A DNA stretch of 30,927 bases from a candidate division FCPU426 bacterium (GCA_963830915.1 CAWHOE010000050.1:1-30927); one strand, 5' to 3'; shown: positions 8,454 through 19,644, counted from the stretch's first letter. Notes: generated by a model from the sequence alone, not told the origin. Translations and numbers: made by a program.

Positions 8454-9470
8454 TTACAACTTGTAAAGCTGATACCTCATGCCGGTCCATTTGGACCGCG
8501 GACCTACCAAGCGCTCCCGCAGGGTCTTGGGCAAAAGTTCATTGGGTGTGATGACGAAATTCACGGGTAAATAATTACCGGGCGATGGTGTCAAAAGCCA
8601 AAGCTTATCGTTCAGGAAGGTCTGCTTGATCTGGGAGAATTTCTTGCGTTTTTCAGGATTGCGCCATTGGTCGCAGGCGTATTCCACCACGGCATGGCCT
8701 AATCCCTTTCCTCGATAAAGAGGATTGATCGATAACCCAGTCAGTTCCACGCAATCCTCATGGGCGGTGACGCCCACCCAACCGCTTTCCAGACCCTGGA
8801 CCTTGCCCACCCACCAAAGGGTGTCCTCCATGATGATGTCGTCCGAACGGGTGGATAACTGCTCCTTCTGGATGCTCATGCGTTCCAGGGGTCCGGCTTC
8901 CTTGATGACGAGCGGATTGTCCAGGACCCACATGCTGGCCGCGGTCAAGTCCCCTCGATAGATCAGGCCCCCGTTCTTGGTATCCCGCAGCCGCAAAGCC
9001 AGGTCCAGGACCTGTTCCCGGGTGGCCCATTTGGTATCTTTGACTTCCTTCAGATCGGTGGGGTTCAATTCGGTGTCCTGAGTGGTGGCGTAAAAGACAT
9101 AGGAATCCCAGGTGACGACTTCCTTCTCAAAACTGATATCCAGGGTGATATGCAGGATGAAACGCTTGAGGGTGATATTGAGACCTGTTTCTTCCCGAGC
9201 CTCCCGCAGAGCGCCTTCGGCCAGATCCTCGCCAGGATGGACCCCGCCCGAGGGGGAACGGTAGATGCCCGGGGGATAACTGTGCTTGCTCATCATGGCG
9301 TAACGGCCGTCCGGACCTTCGATGAGCATGGTGACGTCATGGGCCCTTTTTTGCAGGATGCTTTTTTGGACCAGGTTCCAACCGGCTTCGTCGAATTCCT
9401 GGGTCATCCATTGGTGATAGGGGTATCCGAAACGGGCGCGGATGGTGGATAATTGTGGGCGCAGGAACAA
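8454..9470 (-). CDS. NUDIX hydrolase - GNAT acetyltransferase fusion
   Basis: Intact Nudix box GGVHPGEDLAEGALREAREETGL and a C-terminal GNAT motif A (LSINPLYRGKGLG). TTG start with GGAG upstream. Confidence 0.8.
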   Translation of the reverse strand: MFLRPQLSTIRARFGYPYHQWMTQEFDEAGWNLVQKSILQKRAHDVTMLIEGPDGRYAMMSKHSYPPGIYRSPSGGVHPGEDLAEGALREAREETGLNITLKRFILHITLDISFEKEVVTWDSYVFYATTQDTELNPTDLKEVKDTKWATREQVLDLALRLRDTKNGGLIYRGDLTAASMWVLDNPLVIKEAGPLERMSIQKEQLSTRSDDIIMEDTLWWVGKVQGLESGWVGVTAHEDCVELTGLSINPLYRGKGLGHAVVEYACDQWRNPEKRKKFSQIKQTFLNDKLWLLTPSPGNYLPVNFVITPNELLPKTLRERLVGPRSKWTGMRYQLYKL

Positions 9471-9585
9471 GCTCTATTCTCCCGAACGAGATATGGAGCG
9501 GAGCCCACGGTACTTCTGGGGTCCGGAACATGGTAATCGTGGTTCATTTTATGGTCTTCGTCGGAATATTGAAATAGGAGTTTCG

Positions 9586-11826
9586 ATGGGATTGGGTAAA
9601 AACAACTTTTTTTGGCTTCAGGTGAAAATTGTCGTTTTCTTCGTCGCCATGTCGTTAGGAGGGCAAGCGATCGCGGGGCCGGCGGATGAAGTGAACCCTT
9701 TCATCGGGACCGCCAAGGACGGGAACACCTTTCCCGGAGCTTTGACACCCTGGGGCATGGTCTCGGTCAGTCCTCATAACGACCTTCAGGCACCTTCCGG
9801 ATACAAATATGGGAACCCCTACCTTTACGGTTTCGGCCATGTTCATTTAAGCGGGACCGGATGCCCGGACCTGGGAAATATCCTACTGATGGCGACGGTC
9901 GGACCTCTTCAGATCAAACCCGAACGTTTCAAGTCCGCCTACGAGGGGGAATCCGCATCGCCAGGTTACTATTCGGTCACACTCAAGGATTACGGCATCC
10001 GGGCCGAAATGTCGGCCACCACCCGCGACGGGATGACACAGTTCGCTTTTCCCGCACGCAAAGGGGACGCCCACATCCTGCTGGATGTCAGCCACCGTTT
10101 GACCTCGGAAGCGGCCCAGTACCAGACCCGATTCGAGTCCCACGTCAAGATATTGTCGCCCGTCGAGGCGGAGGGCTGGGCCCAGAGCGGTGATTTTTGC
10201 AGTGTCTACGCCGGCAATAAGCAGACGGTCTATTTCGTGGCTGTCTTCAGCAAGCCGGCTATCGAGGCCGGGACCTGGAAGGACGGGAAAACGGGGGATG
10301 ACCAGGAACAATCGGGCGGGGATGTGGGAGCCTTTTTCAATTTCGACACGGCGTCCCAGGAATCCATCGCCGTCAAGGTCGGGATCTCCTATGTGAGCGT
10401 TGAGAACGCCAGGTTGAACCTCAGAACCGAGATGCCGGGTTGGGATTTAGAAGGAGTCAAGGCGTCGGCACATAAGGCTTGGGACAGGGAGCTTTCCAAG
10501 ATCCAGGTGGAGGGGGGAAGCAAAGAACACCGAAAGATCTTTTATACCGCCCTTTATCACGCCTTGATCCATCCGAACGTTTTTTCCGACGTCAACGGGG
10601 AGTACCAATCCATGGGACATCGAGGGGTGAGGACGGCGGAGGGTTACACCCGTTACAGCGTGTTTTCGCTTTGGGATACATATCGGACTTTGCATCCCTT
10701 GTTATCACTTTTTTACCCTGAACGCCAACTGGACATGGCGAAGAGCCTGACCGCGATGGCTGAAGAGTCGGACTGGCTGCCCCGATGGGAATTGGCCGGC
10801 AATGAGACCTCGGTCATGGTGGGGGACCCCTCGGTGCCGGTCCTGGTGGACACCTATCGAAAAGGCATCAAGGATTTCGGCGTCGATTCGGCTTATCAGT
10901 CCATCGTGAAAAGCCTTTCGCCGGATGGCAACAAACTTTATGGAGGACTCAAGTCCCTTCTGCAGTTCGGTTATATCCCGAAGGATGACAATAGCCAGGA
11001 TTGGATCTGGGGTTCGGTCTCCATGACCATGGATTATGGGTACGATTATTGGTGCCTCGCCCAATTGGCCCGGGCGCTCGATCGCAAGGACGATTACGAT
11101 AAGTACATCCATCTCTCGGGTCTTTATCGGAACCTCTTCGATCCGGACACGGGTTTTTTCAGGCCCAAGAACCGGGATGGTTCCTGGGTGGAGCCTTTCG
11201 ACCCTCAGGCCGTTTGCTGCGACCAAACCTGGGCGGGAAATGGGGGACCGGGTTTCGTGGAAGGAAGCGCCTGGCAGTATCTTTTCTTCGTGCCGCAAGA
11301 CATGGAAGGGCTCAAACTATTGTTGGGGGGGGATGACGCGTTCGTGAAGCGGCTGCAGGAATGTTTCGATAAGGGCCATTACGACGCTACCAACGAACCT
11401 GATATCGCCTGGTCTTATCTGTTCGATTACGTGCCCCGGGAAGCCTGGCGCACCCAGAAACAAGTTCGGGCTTTGATGGACAGGAATTATGGCCCGGGAC
11501 CGGACGGGTTGCCCGGGAACGACGACGCCGGGACCCTGTCGGCCTGGTATGTCTTCTCAGCCCTTGGCTTTTATCCCGCCTGTCCCGGAAGCAACTCTTA
11601 TCAGGTCGGAAGCCCGATCTTTAAACAGGTAACCGCCCACTTGAACAAGACCTTTTTTCCGGGCGGACTTTTGGCCATCAAGACCATCGACAACTCAGCG
11701 AGGAATGTTTATGTCCAATCCATCCTGGTGGATGGGGTGCCCTATCAAAAGCTGGACTTGACCCAGGAATCTTTCGTTATGGGCAAGACCCTAGTATTTA
11801 CCATGGGTTCCCAACCCAAAAAGTAA
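9586..11826 (+). CDS. GH92 alpha-mannosidase, secreted
   Basis: VNPFIGT, GNTFPGA..PWGMV, HLSGTGC, FSLWDTYR, FVEGSAWQY, NEP and GNDDAGTLSAWYVF. ATG 9586 follows AGGAG and precedes a signal peptide ending AIA. Confidence 0.95.
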   Translation: MGLGKNNFFWLQVKIVVFFVAMSLGGQAIAGPADEVNPFIGTAKDGNTFPGALTPWGMVSVSPHNDLQAPSGYKYGNPYLYGFGHVHLSGTGCPDLGNILLMATVGPLQIKPERFKSAYEGESASPGYYSVTLKDYGIRAEMSATTRDGMTQFAFPARKGDAHILLDVSHRLTSEAAQYQTRFESHVKILSPVEAEGWAQSGDFCSVYAGNKQTVYFVAVFSKPAIEAGTWKDGKTGDDQEQSGGDVGAFFNFDTASQESIAVKVGISYVSVENARLNLRTEMPGWDLEGVKASAHKAWDRELSKIQVEGGSKEHRKIFYTALYHALIHPNVFSDVNGEYQSMGHRGVRTAEGYTRYSVFSLWDTYRTLHPLLSLFYPERQLDMAKSLTAMAEESDWLPRWELAGNETSVMVGDPSVPVLVDTYRKGIKDFGVDSAYQSIVKSLSPDGNKLYGGLKSLLQFGYIPKDDNSQDWIWGSVSMTMDYGYDYWCLAQLARALDRKDDYDKYIHLSGLYRNLFDPDTGFFRPKNRDGSWVEPFDPQAVCCDQTWAGNGGPGFVEGSAWQYLFFVPQDMEGLKLLLGGDDAFVKRLQECFDKGHYDATNEPDIAWSYLFDYVPREAWRTQKQVRALMDRNYGPGPDGLPGNDDAGTLSAWYVFSALGFYPACPGSNSYQVGSPIFKQVTAHLNKTFFPGGLLAIKTIDNSARNVYVQSILVDGVPYQKLDLTQESFVMGKTLVFTMGSQPKK

Positions 11827-11903
11827 ATTTTCCCCAAACCTTGTTGGTTTTTGTAATTCGTCTACCGCTGGTAGCGATAGGGTTAGTTCCTTTCGCCAAT
11901 TCC

Positions 11904-11932
11904 TTGCGGCTTCCCCCCCTTTGTGATATAAA
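11904..11932 (+). promoter_or_regulatory. sigma-70 promoter (extended -10) of the rpsB operon
   Basis: TTGCGG-17 bp-TATAAA, with TG two bases before the -10 element. Confidence 0.65.
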
Positions 11933-12002
11933 CAAACGGCTTTGGAGGGGTTTCGTCCCGGTCCAAAGCGGGATTTGAGCGGGGTTTCCCGCCGTCCCAA
12001 TT

Positions 12003-12100
12003 CTCACGCATCTTTCCATGTTCTCGAGTGTCCTTGGTTTACAAGGATGGAAGGGAACCCCCGTTTACGGGAACGAAAGAGCGGTGGTCAAACTAAAGGA
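12003..12100 (+). promoter_or_regulatory. Structured rpsB 5' leader (putative S2 autoregulatory RNA element)
   Basis: CACGCATCTTTC (12005-12016) pairs imperfectly with GAAAGAGCGGTG (12075-12086) and encloses hairpins TCCTTG/CAAGGA and CCCG/CGGG. It lies just upstream of the AAGGAG SD. Confidence 0.6.
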
Positions 12101-12108
12101 GTAGTCCC

Positions 12109-13089
12109 ATGATGTCTGTCTCTATGAAGCAGTTGCTGGAAGCCGGCGTGCATTTCGGTCACCAAACCCGTCGTTGGAATCCCAAGATGGCCCTCTATAT
12201 CTTTGGGGAGCGCAACGGGATCCATATCATCGACCTGCAAAAAACCGTCAAGAAACTCAAGGAAGCCTACCAGTTCGTCAAGGACCTGGCCGCTTCCGGC
12301 GAGTACATCGTGTTCGTGGGGACCAAGAAACAGGCCCAGGACGCGATCAAGGAAGAAGCCGACCGTTGCGGCATGCCCTACGTCAACTACCGTTGGCTGG
12401 GCGGGATGCTTACCAACTTCGCCACCATTAAGAAATCCATCACCTACCTGAAGGAACTGGAAAGCATCTCCGAGCAGGAGATGTCCGAGCGTTCCAAGAA
12501 GGAACAAGCCGGTTTGAATAAGGACAAAATGAAGCTGGAGCGTTCCCTGGGCGGTATCAAGAACATCAACAAGCTACCGGGCGCCATCTTCGTCATCGAT
12601 ACCAAGAAAGAGCATATCGCCGTCCAGGAAGCCCGCAAACTGGGCATCCCGGTCGTGGCGGTGGTGGATACAAACTGCGATCCGGGCGAAGTGGATGTGG
12701 TCATTCCGGGCAATGACGACGCTATCCGAGCGGTCAAGCTCATGACTTCGGTCATGGCCAGCGCCATCCTGGAAGGCCGTTCCAAGGAACTGGAAGGCAA
12801 GGAAGTAACCGCTGAAGGCGTGGTCGGTCCCACCGAAGTGGGCGAGGAAATGCTGGCCGCGGCCGAGAAGGCCGAGGCTGTCTCCGTCGAGGAAGAGATC
12901 TTGGTCGAGACCGATGCCCTCGAGGCCGAAGCGCCGGTCGGCGAAAAGAAGAAAGTGGCCGAGATCATGGTGGCCAACGTGGAAAAGCTGGCCGGTGACG
13001 CCCAAACCGTGGCGGTCCTGGCGGACGAATTGGCGGACGAGAAGGTCGAACGTATCCGCACCAAGCGGGTCCGGGACGACAAACCCTGA
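12109..13089 (+). CDS. rpsB: 30S ribosomal protein S2 with a long acidic C-terminal extension
   Basis: [29 protein letters not shown] and PGNDDAIRA. Confidence 0.99.
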   Translation: MMSVSMKQLLEAGVHFGHQTRRWNPKMALYIFGERNGIHIIDLQKTVKKLKEAYQFVKDLAASGEYIVFVGTKKQAQDAIKEEADRCGMPYVNYRWLGGMLTNFATIKKSITYLKELESISEQEMSERSKKEQAGLNKDKMKLERSLGGIKNINKLPGAIFVIDTKKEHIAVQEARKLGIPVVAVVDTNCDPGEVDVVIPGNDDAIRAVKLMTSVMASAILEGRSKELEGKEVTAEGVVGPTEVGEEMLAAAEKAEAVSVEEEILVETDALEAEAPVGEKKKVAEIMVANVEKLAGDAQTVAVLADELADEKVERIRTKRVRDDKP

Positions 13090-13101
13090 TGATTTGAACG
13101 G

Positions 13102-13125
13102 ACCGCGGGGGCAAAGCCCCGCGGT
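13102..13125 (+). other. GC-rich hairpin between rpsB and tsf (attenuator or stability element)
   Basis: ACCGCGGGGGC-AAA-GCCCCGCGGT, with no immediate U-tract. Confidence 0.5.
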
Positions 13126-13171
13126 GGCGCATCCTTTCTTGAACCAAAGACCTGAACATGGAGGCAGTTGA

Positions 13172-14547
<1,376 letters not shown>

Positions 14548-14566
14548 ATCATCCAAGGAGACGGAC

Positions 14567-15130
14567 ATGGCCGATGCGAACCAGATCCTGAACGATGCCG
14601 AAACCAAGATGAAAAAAGCCATCGAGGCGACCAAAAGGGATTTTTCGAGCGTCCGAACGGGCCGGGCTTCCGCCAGCCTGGTGGAGAACATCAAAGTGGA
14701 ATATTACGGCAGCCTGGTGCCTTTGAACCAGGTCGCCAACATCTCTACCCCCGACAGCCGCACCCTGGAGATGAAACCCTGGGATATTCAGGCACTGGTG
14801 GAGATCGAGAAGGCCATCCAAAAAAGCGATCTGGGGCTCAATCCCAACAACGACGGCAAGATCGTCCGGATCAATATCCCCCCCTTGACCGAGGAACGGC
14901 GGAAGGAATTCGTGAAGCTCGTCCATAAACACGGGGAGGATGGCCGGGTGGCCGTTCGGGGCATCCGCCAGGAAGCCAATAAGCATCTGGACCAGTTGAA
15001 GAAGGACAAGACCATCACCGAGGACGAATACAAGAAGTTCCACGACCGCATCCAGAAGATGACCGACGCCAACACCCTGGACATTAATAACTTGTGCACC
15101 CACAAGGAAAAAGAAATCATGGAGTTCTAA
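14567..15130 (+). CDS. frr: Ribosome recycling factor
   Basis: RTGRAS, SDLGLNPNNDG, PPLTEERRKE and KEKEIM. Confidence 0.99.
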   Translation: MADANQILNDAETKMKKAIEATKRDFSSVRTGRASASLVENIKVEYYGSLVPLNQVANISTPDSRTLEMKPWDIQALVEIEKAIQKSDLGLNPNNDGKIVRINIPPLTEERRKEFVKLVHKHGEDGRVAVRGIRQEANKHLDQLKKDKTITEDEYKKFHDRIQKMTDANTLDINNLCTHKEKEIMEF

Positions 15131-15138
15131 CCAAGGCT

Positions 15139-15921
15139 TTGCGACCCACCGAAACTTCCTCCCTCCTCAAAAAATATCGTCTCCAACCCCATCTGCCCCG
15201 TCATGTGGCCATCATCATGGACGGTAACGGACGATGGGCCAACAAACGCCATTTGCCACGTATCGCGGGCCATCGGGCCGGGGCCCACTCCATCCGGGAG
15301 ATCGTGCGCCTGAGCGGCGAATTAGGGATCGAAGCCCTGACCCTTTACGCTTTTTCCAAGGAGAACTGGAAGAGGCCCAAACAGGAAGTCCATCTCTTGA
15401 TGCAACTCTTGAAACAGTACCTCCGGAGCGAGGTCAGGGAACTCAACGACAACAACGTCAGGCTCTTGACCATCGGGAACCGTAAAGATCTTCCGCTGGA
15501 GATCCAGGCTGAATTGAAAGCGGCCATGGCCTCCACCGCCAAGAACACCGGGTTGAAACTGGTCCTGGCCCTATCCTATAGCGGGCGGGCCGACCTGACG
15601 ACGGCCTTGAGGGACATCGCGTCCAAGGTAAAGTCGGGAAAATTGAGCTTGAACGCCATAAATGAAAAGACCATATCCCACACCCTTTCCACGGCGGAGC
15701 TGCCCGAGATGGACCTTTTGATCCGGACCAGCGGGGAGATGCGCATTTCCAACTTTTTGCTTTGGGAATTGGCCTATTCCGAACTACACATCACCAAGAC
15801 CCTCTGGCCCGATTTCAGGACCAAACATTTCATCCTGGCCTTGAGGGATTTTCAGACCCGCAAACGTCGGTTTGGCGGCGTGCGAAGCTTCCTGGGGAGC
15901 ATGACCTCATGGGCCCACTGA
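15139..15921 (+). CDS. uppS: Undecaprenyl/isoprenyl diphosphate synthase
   Basis: HVAIIMDGNGRWA, YAFSKENWKRP and IRTSGEMRISNFLLW. The start codon is uncertain (TTG 15139 chosen). Confidence 0.95.
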   Translation: MRPTETSSLLKKYRLQPHLPRHVAIIMDGNGRWANKRHLPRIAGHRAGAHSIREIVRLSGELGIEALTLYAFSKENWKRPKQEVHLLMQLLKQYLRSEVRELNDNNVRLLTIGNRKDLPLEIQAELKAAMASTAKNTGLKLVLALSYSGRADLTTALRDIASKVKSGKLSLNAINEKTISHTLSTAELPEMDLLIRTSGEMRISNFLLWELAYSELHITKTLWPDFRTKHFILALRDFQTRKRRFGGVRSFLGSMTSWAH

Positions 15922-16730
15922 CCAAACGGATTCTGGTCGCCATCCCCGCCGTCGCTTTGCTGCTTTTCCTGACTTTCCTGCCCCAAACCTTGCCCCTCCG
16001 TCTTTTAATGTTCATCGTCACGATGTTAGGCCTTTTGGAATTCCTGCGATTGGCCGATCAAAAAAAGTTGAAAACCCTCCATGTGCAAGGTTTGATCGCC
16101 CTGGGGATGGCCCTGTCGCCCTGGGTTTTAAAACCGGTGGTGGCCTGGGATGATAGGGCGGCCTTTCTCCTGGGTCTTCTCCTTCTTTCCATGACCTATC
16201 TTTGGTCCAAACGAGTTTTGAGTGGATTGGCGGTATCCGTCAGCGTGACCTTCTTTGGGGTCGCTTATTTCGCGTTATTCGCGGGATATTTCTTCCGGCT
16301 ACTCGAGATGTCCCAGGGATGCTGGCAGTTGCTCTTGTTATATTGCGCCACCTGGGCTTATGACACGGGAGGATATTTCGCTGGAAAAAAATTCGGGAAA
16401 CACCGATTGGCGCCGGTGGTGTCCCCGCAAAAATCATGGGAAGGCTGCACGGGCGGTTTTGCCCTTGTCCTCGTGACCCTGTTCGCCTTGTGGAAGATAT
16501 TTCCTTTTTATGCCCAGGAATATTCAGCAATGGATATCCTAGCCCTATCCATCCTGCTTTCTTTTTTCGGCCAGATCGGCGATCTGGTGGAATCCGCGAT
16601 CAAACGAAGTTTCGCCGCCAAGGATTCGGGAGCCTTTTTCCCAGGCCATGGGGGGATCTTCGACCGGATCGATAGTTTGCTTTTCAACGCCCCGGTTCTT
16701 TTTTATTACCTTGTCGTCATGAACAAATAA
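15909..16730 (+). CDS. cdsA: Phosphatidate cytidylyltransferase
   Basis: DTGGYFAG..FGKH.L...SPQKSWEG and GDLVESAIKR...KDSG..FPGHGGIFDRIDS. ATG at 15909. Confidence 0.95.
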   Translation: MGPLTKRILVAIPAVALLLFLTFLPQTLPLRLLMFIVTMLGLLEFLRLADQKKLKTLHVQGLIALGMALSPWVLKPVVAWDDRAAFLLGLLLLSMTYLWSKRVLSGLAVSVSVTFFGVAYFALFAGYFFRLLEMSQGCWQLLLLYCATWAYDTGGYFAGKKFGKHRLAPVVSPQKSWEGCTGGFALVLVTLFALWKIFPFYAQEYSAMDILALSILLSFFGQIGDLVESAIKRSFAAKDSGAFFPGHGGIFDRIDSLLFNAPVLFYYLVVMNK

Positions 16731-16742
16731 ATCGGAGGGACT

Positions 16743-17945
16743 ATGCCGCTGGAAGATCTCATAAAAAAAGCCCAGGGGACTTTTCTTCATCAGTTCGGGG
16801 ATTCTGGCCGAAAGGTCACGCTGGTGGTGGCCCCGAGTCGTATCACTCTTTTAGGCGGGGAATATACCGAGGCGGTGGATGGCTTCAGTCTTCTGGCGGG
16901 TGGCGGAAATCATGTGGTCGTGGCCGCCCAGCGCCGCCACGACAAGCAGGCAGTAATCCATTCGCTCAAATACGATGAGAAAATCAAAATATCCCTGGCC
17001 ACGTTGAAATTCGACCGGTCCGATGGATGGGCCAATTACCCCAAAGGCGTGATCTATTTCTATGAACGCACCGGGCGGAAGATCGAGGGGATCCAGATGG
17101 TGGTGGCGGGGGACATGCCCGAGGGAGTGAATCTTGGGACCTCGGCGGCGATCACGGCGGCTACCGGCATGGCCTGTAACGCCTTGGGGAACCAGCCATT
17201 GGATGGAGCCACCCTGGCCAAGCTATGCCACAGGGTCGAAAGCCAATTCATGGGACTCCGAGCCGACTATTTCACGCCCTACGCTGTGTTATTCGCCAAG
17301 AAGGACCAATTGGTGATGTTCGACGCGAGGTCATTCAAACCCGACTATGTGCCTTTCAATGGCTCGGCCTATAAGCTGGTGATGGTCGACAGCGGGGTGC
17401 GTAAAAAGGAAAGGGAAGAGGAATTCAAGAAAAGATTGGAGCTTTTCGGCCAGTTATTGACCGAGATCCGAAAATACGTGCCCAAGATCATCTCCTTGAG
17501 GGATGTGGGAGTAGAGGCTTACGAGGAAGTCCGAAAGAAGATCGATATCATCCAACGAAAGCGTCTGGATCATATCGTGTATGAGAATTTCCGGGTGCGA
17601 AAAGCCAAGGAAATACTTACCAAAGGGGATTATGTCGGATTTGGGTATCTTTTAAGCGAATCCCATGATTCCTTGGCGGACAAACTGAAGGTTACTTGCG
17701 AAGAAGTGGATATCCTTACTGCTGTGGTTCGGCGCCAGCCGGGATGTCTGGGTTCCCGAATGGCCGGGATTGGATGGGGAGGCTCGGTTGTGTGCTTGGT
17801 CAAAGCCGAGCAAGCGGAAGCTTTTGCCTATCAGGTCAAGGGTGAATATAAGAAGCAGGTCAACATCTCTCCCCAGATCTTTGTTTTTGAACCTCAAGAT
17901 GGCGCACGGGAGGTAGAGGGGATCGACACCACCCCAACCCCTTGA
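16743..17945 (+). CDS. Galactokinase-like GHMP-family protein with degenerate active-site motifs
   Basis: APSRITLLGGEYTE, WANYPKGV, PEGVNLGTSAA, HIVYENFRV, ESHDSL and GSRMAGIGWGG align with GalK motifs but carry substitutions. SD GGAGG upstream. Confidence 0.85.
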   Translation: MPLEDLIKKAQGTFLHQFGDSGRKVTLVVAPSRITLLGGEYTEAVDGFSLLAGGGNHVVVAAQRRHDKQAVIHSLKYDEKIKISLATLKFDRSDGWANYPKGVIYFYERTGRKIEGIQMVVAGDMPEGVNLGTSAAITAATGMACNALGNQPLDGATLAKLCHRVESQFMGLRADYFTPYAVLFAKKDQLVMFDARSFKPDYVPFNGSAYKLVMVDSGVRKKEREEEFKKRLELFGQLLTEIRKYVPKIISLRDVGVEAYEEVRKKIDIIQRKRLDHIVYENFRVRKAKEILTKGDYVGFGYLLSESHDSLADKLKVTCEEVDILTAVVRRQPGCLGSRMAGIGWGGSVVCLVKAEQAEAFAYQVKGEYKKQVNISPQIFVFEPQDGAREVEGIDTTPTP

Positions 17946-18033
17946 ATGTCAGGCGGATTACCTACGAAACGTTAAAGCGTTGTTTTAGTGGAAAAAGGGG
18001 CATGGCAACATTGAAGGTTGAAAATCATTTTTC

Positions 18034-18061
18034 TAGACGGGTTTTCAAATAACTTTATAAT
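18034..18061 (+). promoter_or_regulatory. Putative sigma-70 promoter
   Basis: TAGACG-16 bp-TATAAT in an AT-rich intergenic region upstream of 18124. Confidence 0.55.
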
Positions 18062-18123
18062 GTGTGAGGCTTTCCCCGTAAACGATCGGTTGTTATTTTT
18101 CCAATTTATTCTCGGAGGCGGCA

Positions 18124-19587
18124 ATGCTCGGTTTTAGGAAGGGTGTGTGGGTTGTTTTGGCGATTGTCGTGAGTTGCTTGATCCCATATTCCGTAAAAGC
18201 CCAGGGAGCCTCAGCCGATCAATATTACGCTACCGCTACACAACTTTATTCCGCTCGTAATTATGCACAAGCCTATCAGTATTATTACGCAGCCTTAAAA
18301 TTGAACCCTGGCTACGCGCAAGCTTATCAAGGGATTGGAAATTGCTTTTATGCTTTAGGCCGCAAAGCCGATGCCTTGACCTATTATCAAAGAGCCTCCC
18401 AATTACAGCCAACCAATTACCAGCTAGCCCAATTCGTCCAGAACCTCAGGGCTCAAGTCGCCGGTGGCGCAGCTCCCGGGGCGGGAATGGGCTTAAGCAC
18501 CGGCCCGAATTACATGGGCCAGGGCATGGCTTATTTCCAGGCCAAACAATATGCCGCTTCCATTCCTTATTTCCAGCAGGCCGCCCGCCAGACGCCAAAC
18601 GATTACCGTCCCTATTATTACGCCGCTTACGCCTACTATATGACCGGCAACGCCAAAATGGCGGCCTTGTATTTCTCTGTGGCGAATATGAAACAGCCCA
18701 ACGCCGCTATCCAGGCCTATGCGGACCGCATTAAGGGAAACCTTTCTACGGAAGATACTCAGTGGGTGGATGACCAGACCAGTAAATATGCCCAAGCCAC
18801 GGGAAGCAAGATGCCTCCTTCCAAGGTCAAGGTGAACTTCGGGTTCCACATGCATACTGGTATGGATTACATTATTTCCGATCCAACCCAGATCAAGCAA
18901 TATGTCGCTCAAGCGCAAAGTGTTTCCCTGAACGGCGTGGTGCCGGATACGATCTTCATCCCTGGGATGGAGTTCTTCGCACAGATCGGTCCTAGCTTTG
19001 AGATCGATCTTGGCGGAACTTACCTGCCGCTGGGAACCATGTCCTACACTTGGACGGATATCAATCCCAATGACAACCCAACCCAAGACCCGTTGATGGC
19101 GCCATTAGTCGCTCCCTACTACTACAAATATGACTATCAGACATCCCTTATCATGGCGAATCTGGGGTTGAAGGTTCTCTTTGGCGATAATGACGTGAAG
19201 GGTTACTTCGGGGGCGGGGTGGATGTAGCGCCTGTTCGGTTGAAGTTCACCAAGACTCTTGAAAATTCCGCTGGTCCAAGCCCGGGACCTGTCGCCGATC
19301 CAATGAGTCTCGCCAGTAGCGGGGATTATTCGACCACGGCTATCGGTGGTCACGCTATCTTGGGGGTGGATTTCTATCTTGATAAGGGTGTCGCCCTTGG
19401 GCCGTATGTTGAATACCAGTACTTGGACGCTACCAACTTCACTAACTCATCCGGGACCCTGGTGGTTGATAACAACAATGGGGAGGTCAAGAACAGCGCT
19501 TTGGCCTCGGCTACCGAGGTCACCAGCCCTCTGGACTTGGACTTTAGCGGGATCATGGCGGGGCTGAACATCACGCTGTCGTTCTAA
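18124..19587 (+). CDS. Secreted TPR-repeat protein with a probable C-terminal outer-membrane beta-barrel
   Basis: Signal peptide (VKA), two Tyr/Ala/Gln-rich TPR blocks (e.g. ALKLNPGYAQAYQGIGNCFYALG), amphipathic beta-strands and C-terminal AGLNITLSF (BAM-type terminal Phe). Confidence 0.75.
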   Translation: MLGFRKGVWVVLAIVVSCLIPYSVKAQGASADQYYATATQLYSARNYAQAYQYYYAALKLNPGYAQAYQGIGNCFYALGRKADALTYYQRASQLQPTNYQLAQFVQNLRAQVAGGAAPGAGMGLSTGPNYMGQGMAYFQAKQYAASIPYFQQAARQTPNDYRPYYYAAYAYYMTGNAKMAALYFSVANMKQPNAAIQAYADRIKGNLSTEDTQWVDDQTSKYAQATGSKMPPSKVKVNFGFHMHTGMDYIISDPTQIKQYVAQAQSVSLNGVVPDTIFIPGMEFFAQIGPSFEIDLGGTYLPLGTMSYTWTDINPNDNPTQDPLMAPLVAPYYYKYDYQTSLIMANLGLKVLFGDNDVKGYFGGGVDVAPVRLKFTKTLENSAGPSPGPVADPMSLASSGDYSTTAIGGHAILGVDFYLDKGVALGPYVEYQYLDATNFTNSSGTLVVDNNNGEVKNSALASATEVTSPLDLDFSGIMAGLNITLSF

Positions 19588-19610
19588 AGAAGAAGCTAAG
19601 CCGTTCATCG

Positions 19611-19642
19611 AAAACGGGGGCAGAAATGCCCCCGTTTTTTTT
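19611..19642 (+). terminator. Rho-independent terminator
   Basis: AAAACGGGGGCA-GAAA-TGCCCCCGTTTT followed by more Ts. Confidence 0.9.
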
Positions 19643-19644
19643 AT

